Shown: positions 23,715-36,496, counted from the whole stretch's first letter. The stretch: DNA of 63,358 nt, filler included, from Octopus bimaculoides (GCF_001194135.2; 5 parts of 5 records of this genome joined end to end with filler, not necessarily neighbours in it); one strand, 5' to 3'. The notes: generated by a model not told the origin, from the letters alone. A program made the numbers and translations.

Positions 23715-24140
23715 AATTGCCTCTCGGTATACGTGTATATTCATAATAATTCAGCACTGAAAATACTCGGTTAAATTTAAAATTTAAAATAGGATAAAAT
23801 CTTTATAAGAGTTTACCAAATAGTCAGCGTGAAAAACCTCATAAGGGAAAAATGTTAATTATTCCCTTTAAATATATTTATTTAAATATATTGTTTGTCT
23901 GGTATGATGATTTTGTTCATTTTTATATGTCTTAATTATGCCTGCACTGACGATTAAAAAGTACATTTTGTGCACTAATTATGAAATCATAGGATACACA
24001 GCTGAATCTGTTTTAAGGAGCTCGCTTCTAGAGATGCATTCCCTCCCGTTCGGTACATTGTATTTATTATGCTAGATTTGATTTTATGAGTCCCTCATAG
24101 CGTGAGGTGTTTATGTGTAGTAATGCCCTTAATATAAATG
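23715..24140 (+). mobile_element. Interspersed repeat P3, possible PLE terminal repeat with decayed HHR
   Basis: Parts shared with 48960-49095. Contains CTGACGA...GAAA-TC-ATAG-GA-TA at 23947-23996. Confidence 0.45.
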
Positions 24141-24176
24141 CCCCTTCCGTAACGTGCGTGTGTGTGTATTTACACT

Positions 24177-24218
<42 letters not shown>

Positions 24219-24223
24219 AATAT

Positions 24224-24262
<39 letters not shown>

Positions 24263-24334
24263 TGGGTTTCAGCCAAGTGGCTGTGGTCATGCTGGAGCAC
24301 CACCGTGACTTTCCGTCTTTATGCTGTGCTTTCT

Positions 24335-25166
24335 TAACGTTCCTTGCATGGCTCTCCTCCTTCAACTGATATAGTCCAATCAAGCGTTTTGGTGTATAAG
24401 AGAATTTGAGATCGCTGCTCTAAACTGTGTCTCATTTTGAGCCATTGGTTCGTCTGGTATCGTGGAGAGGAAAGCGTCGAGATTTTTTTCTTGAAGACCT
24501 CTATATCCATGTCTAGCAAGTCTCTCAAATGTTTTGACAGGGTATTAAAGAGCTGAGGTCCTCTGAAACCGAGGCTGTTGCAGTACCGTGTTCTTATGTG
24601 AGATGCAGTGGACGGCACCTTTGGTACCAAGCAGTGGCGACCTGTGCGGGCATTCTTGTAGTACTTGATGTCAAATTTTGCAGCAGTCCTTCTAGCATTT
24701 TCCATATGTATATTATAACATATCTCTCCCGCCTGCGCTGCAGGGAGTAGAGACCTAGTGCCTTCAGTCGCTCCCTGTAGTTCATCTGTTGGACTGTGGT
24801 GATCTTTTTTGTATGGCGACGCTGAATTGCCTCACGTTCTTCTGTCCGCTTGACACTGTGTGGTGACCACAACTGAGAGCAATAGTCTAGGCGGCTCAGA
24901 ACAGATGTCTTCCATAGAGTCAACATGACCTTTTGCAGTTGTCTGCACTTTGCTGTCAACTTAACAATGTGCATGTGAAATGATGCATCACTACACATGT
25001 TGATGCCCAAGTCTCTTACCGTTTGTGGTTCTGGGATTGCAGTACCTCCAGGCCTTGTGTATGCCAGTTGGGAGGCACTTATGGCCTTGTAGCGCAGTAC
25101 TTGAAATTTGTTTGCATTGAACTGCATATTATTTTGCTCTGCCCACTTGTATATTGCATTTAGCTC
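24335..25166 (-). mobile_element. CR1/L2-group LINE, RT C-terminal fragment
   Basis: WAEQNNMQFNANKFQVL, VRDLGI, SRLDYCSQLWSP, EAIQRRHTKKI, YRERLKALGLYSLQRRRERY. Confidence 0.9.
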
Positions 25167-25302
25167 NNNNNNNNNNNNNNNNNNNNNNNNNNNNNNNNNN
25201 NNNNNNNNNNTTAATTAATTAANNNNNNNNNNNNNNNNNNNNNNNNNNNNNNNNNNNNNNNNNNNNCATACATATATACCTACATATATATATATATATA
25301 TA

Positions 25303-25344
<42 letters not shown>

Positions 25345-25348
<4 letters not shown>

Positions 25349-25550
25349 TGCCCCCACCATCACTTGACAACAGATGCTGGTGTGTTTACGTCCCCGTAAA
25401 CTAATGGTTCGGCGAAACAAGAGACCGAAAGAATAAGTACTAGGCTTACAAAGAATAAGTCCTAGGCTCGATTTGCACGACGAAAGGTGGTGCTCCAGCA
25501 TGGCCGCAGTCAAATGAATGAAACAAGTAAAAAAATAAAAGAATAAAAGA
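25345..25550 (+). mobile_element. SINE family B, 3' half following (TA)n(TG)n
   Basis: GGTGTGTTTACGTCCCCGTAA...AATAAGTACTAGGCTTACAAAGAATAAGTCC...GTGCTCCAGCATGGCCGCAGTCAAATG, ending in (AATAAAAG)n. Confidence 0.85.
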
Positions 25551-26051
25551 ATATTTATATATATCTTCATACAGATATATATACATATCTGTATATATGC
25601 CTATAGATACAGGGATATATATATATATATATAAACACACTTATACTATTGTCTGGAAATGCCTTATTACTTAACACCCTCACTGGTTAGATTTCCACGC
25701 ATTTACATACTTACGTTTTATAAAATTTTCGTCGGGTTTTGCAACCTCTTCCATAGTCTGTCTATATATTTAGAGAGATAGACAGATAGAAAAATAGATA
25801 GATATATATAGAGATAGATATGCATATANNNNNNNNNNNNNNNNNNNNNNNNNNNNNNNNNNNNNNNNNNNNNNNNNNNNNNNNNNNNNNNNNNNNNNNN
25901 NNNNNNNNNNNAAGGTTAGACTAATACATCTATTTATTGATTATGCACCTATGTTCGTCTTTTCTTATTCTGTATATATATTTCAACCATATATATATAG
26001 AAAGAGGGAGAGATAGATAGACACACACACACACACACACACATGGTTCGT

Positions 26052-26384
26052 TGGCACTCCGTCGGTTACGACGACGAGGGTTCCAGTTGATCCGATCAAC
26101 AGAACAGCCTCTCGGGGAGTTCTCGGGGATATTCAGCGTGATAAACAGTGTGACAAGGCTTGCCCCTTTGAAATACAGATACAACAGAAATAGGAAGAAA
26201 GAATGAGAGGACGTTGTGCTGAAAAAGTACAGCAGGGTTCACCACCATCCCTTGCCGGAGCCTCGTGGAGCTTTAGGTGTTTTCGCTCAATAAACACTCA
26301 CAACGCCCGGTCTGGGAATCGAAACCGCGATCCTACGACCGCGTGTCTGCTGCCCTAACCAACCACTGGGCCATTGCGCCTCCA
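26052..26384 (-). mobile_element. tRNA-derived SINE family C (tRNA-Arg-like head), with internal deletion
   Basis: Minus strand TGGAGGCGCAATGGCCCAGTGG...GGTTTCGATTCCC (A and B boxes). Its 3' end is homologous to 26430-26560. Confidence 0.75.
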
Positions 26385-26428
26385 TACATACATACATACA
26401 TACACACGCAGACATACACACGCAGACA

Positions 26429-26560
26429 TGTGTCACGGTGAATCTCCTTGAGAACTACGTTAAGTGCATACGTGCTTGTGGAGTGCTCAGCACGTTAATT
26501 TCACGAGCAGGCTGTTCCGTTGAGCGGATCTTCTAGAACCCCCCGTCGTATAACTGAACG
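26429..26560 (+). mobile_element. SINE family C 3' fragment, inverted relative to 26052-26384
   Basis: CAGGCTGTTCCGTTGAGCGGATC...GAACCCCCGTCGT corresponds to the reverse complement of 26060-26115. Confidence 0.65.
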
Positions 26561-26820
26561 TGCTAGTTTAAGCATGGCAGAGCCATCTTTCTCTATGTCT
26601 CATTACTTCCCATCAGAAATTGAAAAACAGAGAGTGAGAAGGGTGGGGGAGAGAGATTCCTCAGTATATTTCTGGTACTTTATCACTCAAGAAATAATGG
26701 AAAGAAAAATTGACATCGATGATATTTGAACCAGAAATGTAGAGAGTTGGAAAGAGCATAGCATTAAATTCTTTCCGCTGTTCTTTCGACTGCGTCAGTT
26801 GCAACATTAATTGAGGACAT

Positions 26821-27800
26821 AAATTCCGCCGAGGTCGACTTTGCCTTTCATCCTTTCAGGGTCGATGAATGAACTACCAGATGAGCACCGGGGCTGGTGT
26901 AATCAACTTGCTTCCTCTCATTGAATTGCAGGCCTTGCGACAAAATGTGAGATGAATATTGTTGTTATTGTTGTTGTTGTTGCTGATGCAGTTGTCACCA
27001 CCGTCGCTGTTATTATTACTATCAGATTTAAGGCGGCGAGCTGGTAGAATCATTAGCACGCCGGGCGAAATGCTTAGTGGTATTTCGTCTGTCTTTACGT
27101 TCTGAGTTCAAATTCTGCCCAGGTCGACTTTGCCTTTCATCTTTTCGGGGTCGATAAACTAAGTACCAGTTGTGTACTGGGGTCGATGTAATCGACTACT
27201 CCCTTCTCTCCAAATTTCAGGCCTTGTGCTTAGAATAGAAAGGATTAATTGAGGACGTAAGGAGGGGAGGTGCCAGAATCGTTGGCACATCGGGCAAAAT
27301 GCTTAGCAGCATTTCGTCCGTGTTAACGTTGTGAGTTCAAATACCGCCGAGGTCGACTAAACCTTTCGTCCCTTTAAAGTCGATGAAATGAGTATCAGTC
27401 CAGGACAATTGCTGGCCTGGAACCAAATTTTGAAATCATTATCGACTTTACCTTTCGTCGTTTTGGTGTCGAGAAAATATTTACCATTTGAGCACTGGGG
27501 GTCGGTGTAATCGACATGGCCCCTCCCCCGCAATGTTGGCTTTGTGCCAGAATTTGAAACGAATATTAATAGAAGATGTGTGGTTGCAAACTGACAGAAA
27601 TGGTAGCATACCGGGAGAAATGCTTGACAGAATTTCGTTCCCCTTTACGTTATGACTTAAAATTACACCCATTTCGATTCTGCTTTTTCATCATTTTGGG
27701 GCGATAAATTATGTACCAGTTGAGCATTGGGGACGTTGTAATCGATATACCCATGACCTCATCGAGCTGGCCTTGTGACAAAATTTGAAACCAATATAAA
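26821..27800 (+). mobile_element. Head-to-tail cluster of about five SINE family A copies
   Basis: Units start near 26821, 27030, 27262, 27440 and 27590, each carrying the GTCGA...CTTT...GTCGAT/TACCA core with different degrees of decay. Confidence 0.8.
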
Positions 27801-28569
27801 TAGAAGACGTAAGAAAACAAGAGCTTGCGGTATGCTGATGAGAAAATTACGGAGGGTGAGCGCTAAGCAGGGATAAGAAAAATTGCAATGATATTGTGAG
27901 TCCGAATATGTTTGAGGCACGTTCGAACAGGGGAGCAAGCTACTCACTGAGTTTTGCCACGGAGAATATATCACGTCTATTGACAAATGGTGTGTATGCT
28001 TCTAGATCAACTCGCAGCGCCATCTACCTGTACTGTGAGATGTTTGTATTACGGCGTAGTTATCTCCTCTTCGGTCACAGACACGAAACAGACGACACTG
28101 CCAGCTGAATGAAGAGATTACCTATCTTATGCTTTTCCAGTTACCGTACGATGACTGGCAGCACTATACAGTGGCTCACCATAAGGAAATAACGGAGGAG
28201 GAGCGCTAAACTGTGATAAGTAAAATTGCATAAGAGAGCTAATCTCTTAATTCAGTTCATAGTGTCGTCTCTTTAGTGTCTGTTACCGAAAAGGAGAAAT
28301 CTAGTAAGAATTGAATAGATAGAACAACAATGCAGCGCAGAATTTTGTCAGAGACCATGTCGCGGTCTCAAATCGACGAAAATATTTTGGCAAAATAAAT
28401 TTAAATGTTGAAGTGAATCTAACAGTTTTTGTGTGTGTTTAATGGCTTAGAAACACCTTCCACGCTGCAATTGTTTTTGTTTCAGCACACGATCTCAGAT
28501 CAGGTCACTTGCTATGCAAGTACATCTCAATAGAAAAAGATATATGCTCCTTAACACAAACTGTAAGAT

Positions 28570-28787
28570 TCTTTTCTACACTAGGCACAAGGCCCGAAAG
28601 TTTGGTGGGAGAGGGGCCAGTCGATTAGATCAACCTTAGCACGCAACTGGTACTTAATTCGTTGACCCCGAAAGGATGAAAGGCTAAGTCGACCTCGGCG
28701 GAAATTGAACCCTGAACGTAAAGACAGACGAAACACTGCTAAGCATTTCGTCCGACGTGTTAACGTTTCTACCAGCTTGCCGCCTTA
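28570..28787 (-). mobile_element. SINE family A, full length
   Basis: Reverse complement begins TAAGGCGGCAAGCTGGTAGAAACGTTAAC. Confidence 0.85.
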
Positions 28788-28800
28788 CAAACTAAGATTC

Positions 28801-29016
28801 TACAAGGTGTCAACAAGGTCTGGGTGCATGGAGTAGATAAAATCATAACATAAACAATTAGATATAAGAAATAATAATTTCTTAAAGTATGTGTTAATCC
28901 CCATGTGGGTACATGGAGTAAATAAAATCATAACATAAATAATTAAATATAAGAAATAATAATTTCTTAAAGTATGTATTAATCCCCATGTACCCAGATT
29001 TTATGGACACCTTGTA
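28801..29016. mobile_element. Tc1/mariner-type MITE with about 31-bp TIRs, TA TSD and internal 85-bp tandem duplication
   Basis: Left TA|CAAGGTGTCAACAAGGTCTGGGTGCATGG; right reverse complement TA|CAAGGTGTCCATAAAATCTGGGTACATGG. Repeat units 28822-28906 and 28907-28991. Confidence 0.8.
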
Positions 29017-29059
29017 AAAGAAAGATATAAGTATGGAATTTGGCATAGGTAAGTCATAT

Positions 29060-30430
29060 AAGTCATAAAAAAAGGAAGAGTCGTCGTCAATGAAGGTATT
29101 TAATAACAAGATGGCCAGACATTATAATCACTGAATGAATGAGAAAGTCATAAGTATCTAGGAAGTTATATAATCTGACAGAGGACTAACGAGAGAAATG
29201 AAAGCGAAAATTCAGTAAAAGTACATAAGAAGGCCAAAGAAGTTGATGTAGTCGAAGCTAAATGGCTCGAATCTAGTGAAAGCCGTAAATACTTGAGCAG
29301 TATCATAACTTAGATATTCAGGAGCTTTTGTAGATTAGGAAAAATCTGAATTAGTAAATGTAGATAGAAGAAAGAGGAAAGATTTCAATATGAATGGAGG
29401 ACTCCACCCAAGGCTACATTGACCTTGAAATGAATGTGGGAGACGTTTAATATCAGGAGAAGACCGCGTGGAGCTAGCTAGAGTGGATATAGCCTCCTAT
29501 GTAGGTAATAGTGAGGCAATTTTATTAAGAGCTGATAGTGTAATAATAAGAGATAGGGAAACCAAAACCCAAATGAAGTTAAAAACCAAAAAAAAGAAGA
29601 AAGTTTATCTGACTGGCAAGAGAAGGCTTTTCCTGGTAGATTTCCAAAGATAGTGGCAGAAAATAGTAATAGTGAGACATGGCTGTGGTTGCAGAGACGA
29701 AGGCTGAAAAGAGAGACAGAAAGTTTGTTAGTAGCAGCACATGATCAGCCATTGAGGTCTAATTGGACAAAAGCCAAGATAGACAAAAATCAGGTAAATT
29801 CCCGATGTAGTTTATGTAAATGAAAGGTGGAAAGTGTTGCTCGTATAGTTAGTGAGTGTAGTACGCTGGTGCAGAGAAATATGAATAAAGAAATGACAAT
29901 TTAGGGAGAATAATCCACTGGGAGTTGTGTAGAAAGCTGGGATTTGAATATACTGATAAGTGGTATGAATATGAACCTAGTAAATTGCTAGAAGTAAGAA
30001 ATGTGCGATTTTAACATTCTGACTGATAGAGTAATAGAATCAAGAAGGCCTGATTCAGTAGGAGTAGACAAAGGGGATAAAAAGTGCCAGATAATTGACT
30101 TTTAAGTCCGAAATGACGAAAAAGTGATGATGAGAGAAAACAACAAGGTACCAGGATCGAGCCATTGAATTACAGAGACTATGGAAAGTGCGGGTAAAAT
30201 GTATCCCCGTGGTTATATAGGTACATTAGGAAGTAACAACTCTAAAGATTTGAATCCAACGATGGAGGAAACAGGCATAAAACGTAGTCTAGTGCAGCTG
30301 CAGAAAACAGTGTTATTAGGGACAGCTAGGATACTTAGGACGGTTCTTGGCATCTAAAATTATTTGTTATAGACCTATGTTAGGAATTGTTCTTTTGCAA
30401 CAGTTTAATCTGTTATGCGTCAATGAAATA
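29060..30430 (+). mobile_element. R4/Dong-like non-LTR retrotransposon 3' fragment
   Basis: LKRETESLLVAAHDQPLRSNWTKAKIDK..RCSLCK, TDRVIESRRPD, ELQRLWKVRVKCIP, QLQKTVLLGTARILRTVL; ends in (AAT)n at 30429. 5' limit uncertain. Confidence 0.85.
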
Positions 30431-30878
30431 ATAATAATGATAATAATAATAATAATAATAATGATAATAATAATAACGATGCTGATGATGATGAAGATGA
30501 AAACAAAACGATAACAACATATATGGCAATATACAACAACAAAATAGATTTAAAAAGCTAGCAAATGAAGAAGAAATACAACAATAACAACAACAAATCC
30601 GAAAAATGAGAATCCGAGTTGAAATAACTGTTCTCCAATATCGGTTTGCCGAATTTCAAGAATTAAGGTGTAGATGACATTTTTCGATTAAGTTTGCCTT
30701 TGTTACGTCTCCGAGAGGATTTTGTAGTTCTGAGAATAAAGTTTGCGTGGCTGAGGTAGAAAGGAATCACGTACACTTGTTATAGAAATACACTCTAGAT
30801 TGAAAGTTGTTGAGAAAAGATAAGAAATAAACCAAGTAATCGAGTGACGTTTGGAGAGAAACAGAAACAGTTCCCATT

Positions 30879-30879
<1 letters not shown>

Positions 30880-30931
<52 letters not shown>

Positions 30932-30960
30932 GGTGGTGGTGGTGGTTGTTGTTATTGCTG
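30880..30960. repeat. (GTT)n/(GGT)n microsatellite
   Basis: Visible triplet run. Confidence 0.95.
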
Positions 30961-31088
30961 TTGTAACCGCTCCTTTTTTAATTAACCACCTGCTATAAAG
31001 GTATTTCAAACATAGCATCGGCAAACACACTCATAACGTGCACGCACACTGTGATCTATACATACATACATACATACGTACATACATA

Positions 31089-31122
<34 letters not shown>

Positions 31123-31558
31123 NNNNNNNNNNNNNNNNNNNNNNNNNNNNNNNNNNNNNNNNNNNNNNNNNNNNNNNNNNNNNNNNNNNNNNNNNNNNNN
31201 NNNNNNNNNNNNNNNNNNNNNNNNNNNNNNNNNNNNNNNNNNNNNNNNNNNNNNNNNNNNNNNNNNNNNNNNNNNNNNNNNNNNNNNNNNNNNNNNNNNN
31301 NNNNNNNNNNNNNNNNNNNNNNNNNNNNNNNNNNNNNNNNNNNNNNNNNNNNNNNNNNNNNNNNNNNNNNNNNNNNNNNNNNNNNNNNNNNNNNNNNNNN
31401 NNNNNNNNNNNNNNNNNNNNNNNNNNNNNNNNNNNNNNNNNNNNNTATATATATATATATGCAAGCATACACACACGTATACATACATATACATATAAAT
31501 ATGCCTACATATACATATACCATATATATGAATATGTATATACATATACATATACATA

Positions 31559-31596
<38 letters not shown>

Positions 31597-32248
31597 CACA
31601 CACACGCGTACATACACACACACGCACGTACACATACACACACACACATACATACCACTAAAGATACGACGAGTGTATATCTGTATTAGTGCGTTTTTGA
31701 TATATATATATATATATATATGCGCGCGCGCGTGTGTGTGTGTGTGTATGTGTGTGTGTACGTATATATATACACATGTATGTATGTATAAAGACGTGTG
31801 TTTCTATTTGTGAGTTTGTGTGTATATTTGTATGTGTTTCTGCGTGCTTATGTGTATATACAGTGGAAGAAGCAAATTTAAAAGATTATGGAAGTGTTTT
31901 CTCGAAGTGCCACTACTATTAAAAGAACATTATTGTTAAAAGAATCCTGATTGACTCCCCCTGCTTGTATTTATCTCGTATGCATGCATATGGAACGGGT
32001 AGTTATGCACACGTTTTTGATGCCTTGCTTCTGTCTTTCTCATAGCCTTCGTGTGTGTGTATAAATACGCACACACACACACACACACACCCACATACAT
32101 ACACGCTCTCTGTCTCAGACACATATGCCTCTCTCTTCCTCTCTCTCTCACACACATATGCCTCTCTCTTTCTCTCTCTCTCTCTATATATATATGCATA
32201 TATATACACACACACATATATATATATGTTTGTGTATACAAATATGTT

Positions 32249-32284
<36 letters not shown>

Positions 32285-32518
32285 NNNNNNNNNNNNNNNN
32301 NNNNNNNNNNNNNNNNNNNNNNNNNNNNNNNNNNNNNNNNNNNNNNNNNNNNNNNNNNNNNNNNNNNNNNNNNNNNNNNNNNNNNNNNNNNNNNNNNNNN
32401 NNNNNNNNNNNNNNNNNNNNNNNNNNNNNNNNNNNNNNNNNNNNNNNNNNNNNNNNNNNNNNNNNNNNNNNNNNNNNNNNNNNNNNNNNNNNNNNNNNNN
32501 NNNNNNNNNNNNNNNNNN

Positions 32519-32650
32519 ATTAAAATCTCAAAAAATATAAATACTTATCGGCCGCAGAGACCCGCGATATACTGAGAGTCCGCGATATACTGAGAGTCCG
32601 CGATATACTGAGAGTCCGCGATATAAATTTACATATATTAGCCAGAAAAA
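32519..32650 (+). mobile_element. PLE 3' UTR fragment with 18-bp tandem repeat (CCGCGATATACTGAGAGT x3.5)
   Basis: Homologous to the reverse complement of 35365-35460 (TATCGGCC...GATATAAATTTACATATATTAGCCAGAA). Repeat units at 32562-32625. Confidence 0.75.
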
Positions 32651-33290
32651 TCCAAAACGTACCGAGCGTTATAAAAAGCAAACGTCCAGTCAACATTACG
32701 GTGTTTGGAGTGATCACTAGTGATGTCGACGTTATGCCTCCATTCATCTTCCCACATGGTCTCACACTCAACATGGAGGCCTACATCAAGTGCCTGGAGG
32801 AGGTAGTGCTGCTCTGGGTGAAGTGGGTGGCTGCTGGAAGACCTTATGTCTGGCAACAGGTCTCTGCACCATGTCATACAAGCAGAAGAACCCAGTCACG
32901 GCTGTCAGACAATTTCTGCGACCACATCACCACTAACATCTGACCACCTAACTCCCCAGACTGTAACCACCTTGATTATTATTTGTGAGGTGCAGTTGAC
33001 CGAGAGACCAACACAACTCCTTTATAACACCAAAAATGAACTGAAGACATGGATTATGGCAGCATTCACCATCTTAAACAGGGAGACCGTCCAGAAGAGT
33101 TGCAGGAAATTCTGAAGTCGTCTGGAGGTCATCGTTGAAGCCAATGGCGATTCTATTGAATAAATTTACTCCTTAGTATCTCAAGATATTTTTTATGTAA
33201 TTTTGCTAAATATATCTGTTAAAATGAGATGTCAGGGTTATTTTCATTTTTGCACAATTTAGACAATTTATTCACTGCATTCTCTGCGTT
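32650..33290 (+). mobile_element. maT (DD37D) Tc1/mariner-superfamily transposase C-terminal fragment
   Basis: YVWQQVSAPCHTSRRTQSRLSDNFCDHITTNI*PPNSPDCNHLDYY has 37 residues between the second catalytic position (here mutated D>V) and the third D; stops present. Confidence 0.8.
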
Positions 33291-33484
33291 CACTACCAAC
33301 ATGCATAGATATGAACGCTTACACATATATACAAGAATGTATGTACTTTTTATATGCGTGCATTTATGAATATATGTATAAATAGCTGCGTAAATGCATG
33401 CATACACACATATACACTCGCGCGGATACACGCATATATAATCCATTTAATGTTCTCTTATCCATTCATACATGTACCACACGT

Positions 33485-33570
33485 AGTTTAGTGGAGCAGA
33501 TTATCTACGGTCGGATGCCCTTCCTATCGCCAACCCTCACCTAGTTCCAAGAAAGGTAATGTTTCCATAC
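33485..33570 (+). repeat. Short retroposon tail fragment (RTE-like 3' UTR)
   Basis: CTACGGTCGGATGCCCTTCCTATCGCCAACC resembles a motif recalled from RTE-type 3' ends; single copy here. Confidence 0.35.
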
Positions 33571-33658
33571 ATACATACATACATACATACATGTATGCAT
33601 GCATGTATGTGTGTATATTTATATATGTATATATATATGTATGTATGTGTATATATGC

Positions 33659-33769
<111 letters not shown>

Positions 33770-33943
33770 CAGACAGCCAGACAGTCAGAGACAGAGAGGT
33801 AGAGAGAAAGAAACGGAGAGAGAAAGGTAGTGGTAGAGAGAGTAACTGTCATATGTATGAATGTGTTTATATACATATGTGTGTGTATGCATTTTCATAC
33901 ACACTCATTCACACACACGCAGACACATTCACATACACCCTGG

Positions 33944-33974
<31 letters not shown>

Positions 33975-34399
33975 ACGCACACATAAGTATGCGTCAATCT
34001 ATAAAGATCTATGCTGGCTTGTGTGTCTGGGTGCGCGTACGAACGTATGTCTCTACGTACGTGTTTATTGATCTTTGACTTACAAAAGTCGTAAATGTCT
34101 ATGTGTGTGTATATATTCATATATGTGTGCATGTAGATTTTGTAGGAGCCATATTGTCATGTTCGGGTTAGGAAACAACGGTCAAGCATGATGGTAGAAT
34201 TGTCTTGTGATATTTTGAGTTCTATGTCTGGCAATTTTTATTTCTTCCCCTGTCATAATCTTAAGACAAACCTTTTCCATTCTCTCAATGGCAAACACAT
34301 AAACACATACACACATATATGACTGCATGGATATATATATGCACACACACACATCAGTGTTTATACATGCATACATACATACACAAAGACACACATACA

Positions 34400-34462
<63 letters not shown>

Positions 34463-34471
34463 GTATATATG

Positions 34472-34504
<33 letters not shown>

Positions 34505-34999
34505 CTGCGTGTGTGTGTATATATATATAGAGGGTGGGGTGTAAAAGTTTTTCATAATAACCTTTGGAATGTTAGAGTTAGCTGTGAGCTGTAAAATATA
34601 TTTTATTAAAGTATTTATGGCATGGCAACTAACATGATTGTGAGATATCTATTTGTATGTTAGGTGCACAAAGTGAAACGATTAAATATGCGAATATAGA
34701 GAAAGATTTAAATGACAGAATATATGACGCAGTTGGATGTCTGCTACATTATCTAAAGGTTAAAATAGATTTACTTATGTACAGACGTGCATATAAATAA
34801 ATATATTAATATGTAGAAATACGTTTGGTTTTGCGAAAGGGAGAAAGAGAACTCAATACCTTTAATAGAATGTAAATATGCTTTTCATAGTCCTATAGTG
34901 TTCTCAGCTCATAGGATATCATAGGATATCATAGGATATCATATCATATATAATTCGATGTAAACTATAGTTAAAAAGCGCTTCTACTAGTTTCTTGCC

Positions 35000-35900
35000 A
35001 GTAAGACACGTAGTTAAGCAAGTTTTTGTAACGTGCCTTGTATCTCCAAACAATCTCCAAGTTCTGAGCACATGCATTATAGTATCTTAAAATCAGGACC
35101 CTGGTACATAAGAAACCGCAAGAAAAGAGAAAAAGTTTGATGGAAAATGTCGAATGAGAAGACAAACGGAAAAAGAAACGAAAAGAAATTTAGAGTTACG
35201 TCTCCCTTAATCATAGAAATCATAATTAAACTAGTTGTTTAGAATACAGTTATTCTTCGCCATATGGCGGTTCGCTTATCACGCACTCCGTGCATCGCGG
35301 TTCACCTATTGCTCTCAGTACATCGCGGTTCACCTATCGCGCACTCAGTACATCGCAGATTGTTCTGGCTAATATATGTAAATTTATATCACGGACTCCT
35401 CAGTGTATCGCTGGTTGTTGTGGCCGATAGGTAGTTATATCTTTTTAGATTTTTATTATTTCTGTGGAAAGTTTTGGAACGTAACACCCGCGATAGTCGA
35501 GGGATTGCTGTATTTCAACATACAGGGTTCCAAATCTGCGATACTGTTATTCAGTCTGAAGTCGGTGGTGTCCTCATGTTCGCCAAAAGAAATTTTTCCA
35601 TATGGTTGTATTTGTTGAAAATTTCGGATCTAGATTTAAGAAGTGTGGTCGAATGTTTGGAATTCAACTGAAACAGCGATATATCAGTTACGCATATGTT
35701 GCATTTCTTACGACCATTTACATATGGCGTGGATTTCTCTTCGATTCTCCCGCGATTGCATTCGGTGTTCGTAACCACTTGTATTAATGGCAAGAAAAGT
35801 ACCAGTAGCTTTTATTTTGATAATTGTACATTACGTAATATTCATATCTCAGAAAACGGAGTACGTTTTTCGTTTATCTTAGCTCAACGGAACAATAAAC
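35000..35900 (-). mobile_element. Penelope-like element 3' fragment (Naiad-like GIY-YIG C-terminus plus UTR)
   Basis: IEEKSTPYVNGRKKCNICVT...LLKSRSEIFNKYNHMEKFLLAN, homologous to the 57610-57850 translation. UTR carries CpG-rich ~31-bp repeats. Confidence 0.75.
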
Positions 35901-35954
35901 AATGCATAATAGATATACAGATATGATATATAATATGATATGATATGATATATA

Positions 35955-35995
<41 letters not shown>

Positions 35996-36496
35996 NNNNN
36001 NNNNNNNNNNNNNNNNNNNNNNNNNNNNNNNNNNNNNNNNNNNNNNNNNNNNNNNNNNNNNNNNNNNNNNNNNNNNNNNNNNNNNNNNNNNNNNNNNNNN
36101 NNNNNNNNNNNNNNNNNNNNNNNNNNNNNNNNNNNNNNNNNNNNNNNNNNNNNNNNNNNNNNNNNNNNNNNNNNNNNNNNNNNNNNNNNNNNNNNNNNNN
36201 NNNNNNNNNNNNNNNNNNNNNNNNNNNNNNNNNNNNNNNNNNNNNNNNNNNNNNNNNNNNNNNNNNNNNNNNNNNNNNNNNNNNNNNNNNNNNNNNNNNN
36301 NNNNNNNNNNNNNNNNNNNNNNNNNNNNNNNNNNNNNNNNNNNNNNNNNNNNNNNNNNNNNNNNNNNNNNNNNNNNNNNNNNNNNNNNNNNNNNNNNNNN
36401 NNNNNNNNNNNNNNNNNNNNNNNNNNNNNNNNNNNNNNNNNNNNNNNNNNNNNNNNNNNNNNNNNNNNNNNNNNNNNNNNNNNATATATATATATA

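Noticed and set aside
32562-32625. CRISPR-like reading of short tandem repeats (also 49776-49845 and 35280-35360)
   Set aside because: Units are contiguous with no unique spacers, there are no cas genes, and the context is eukaryotic.
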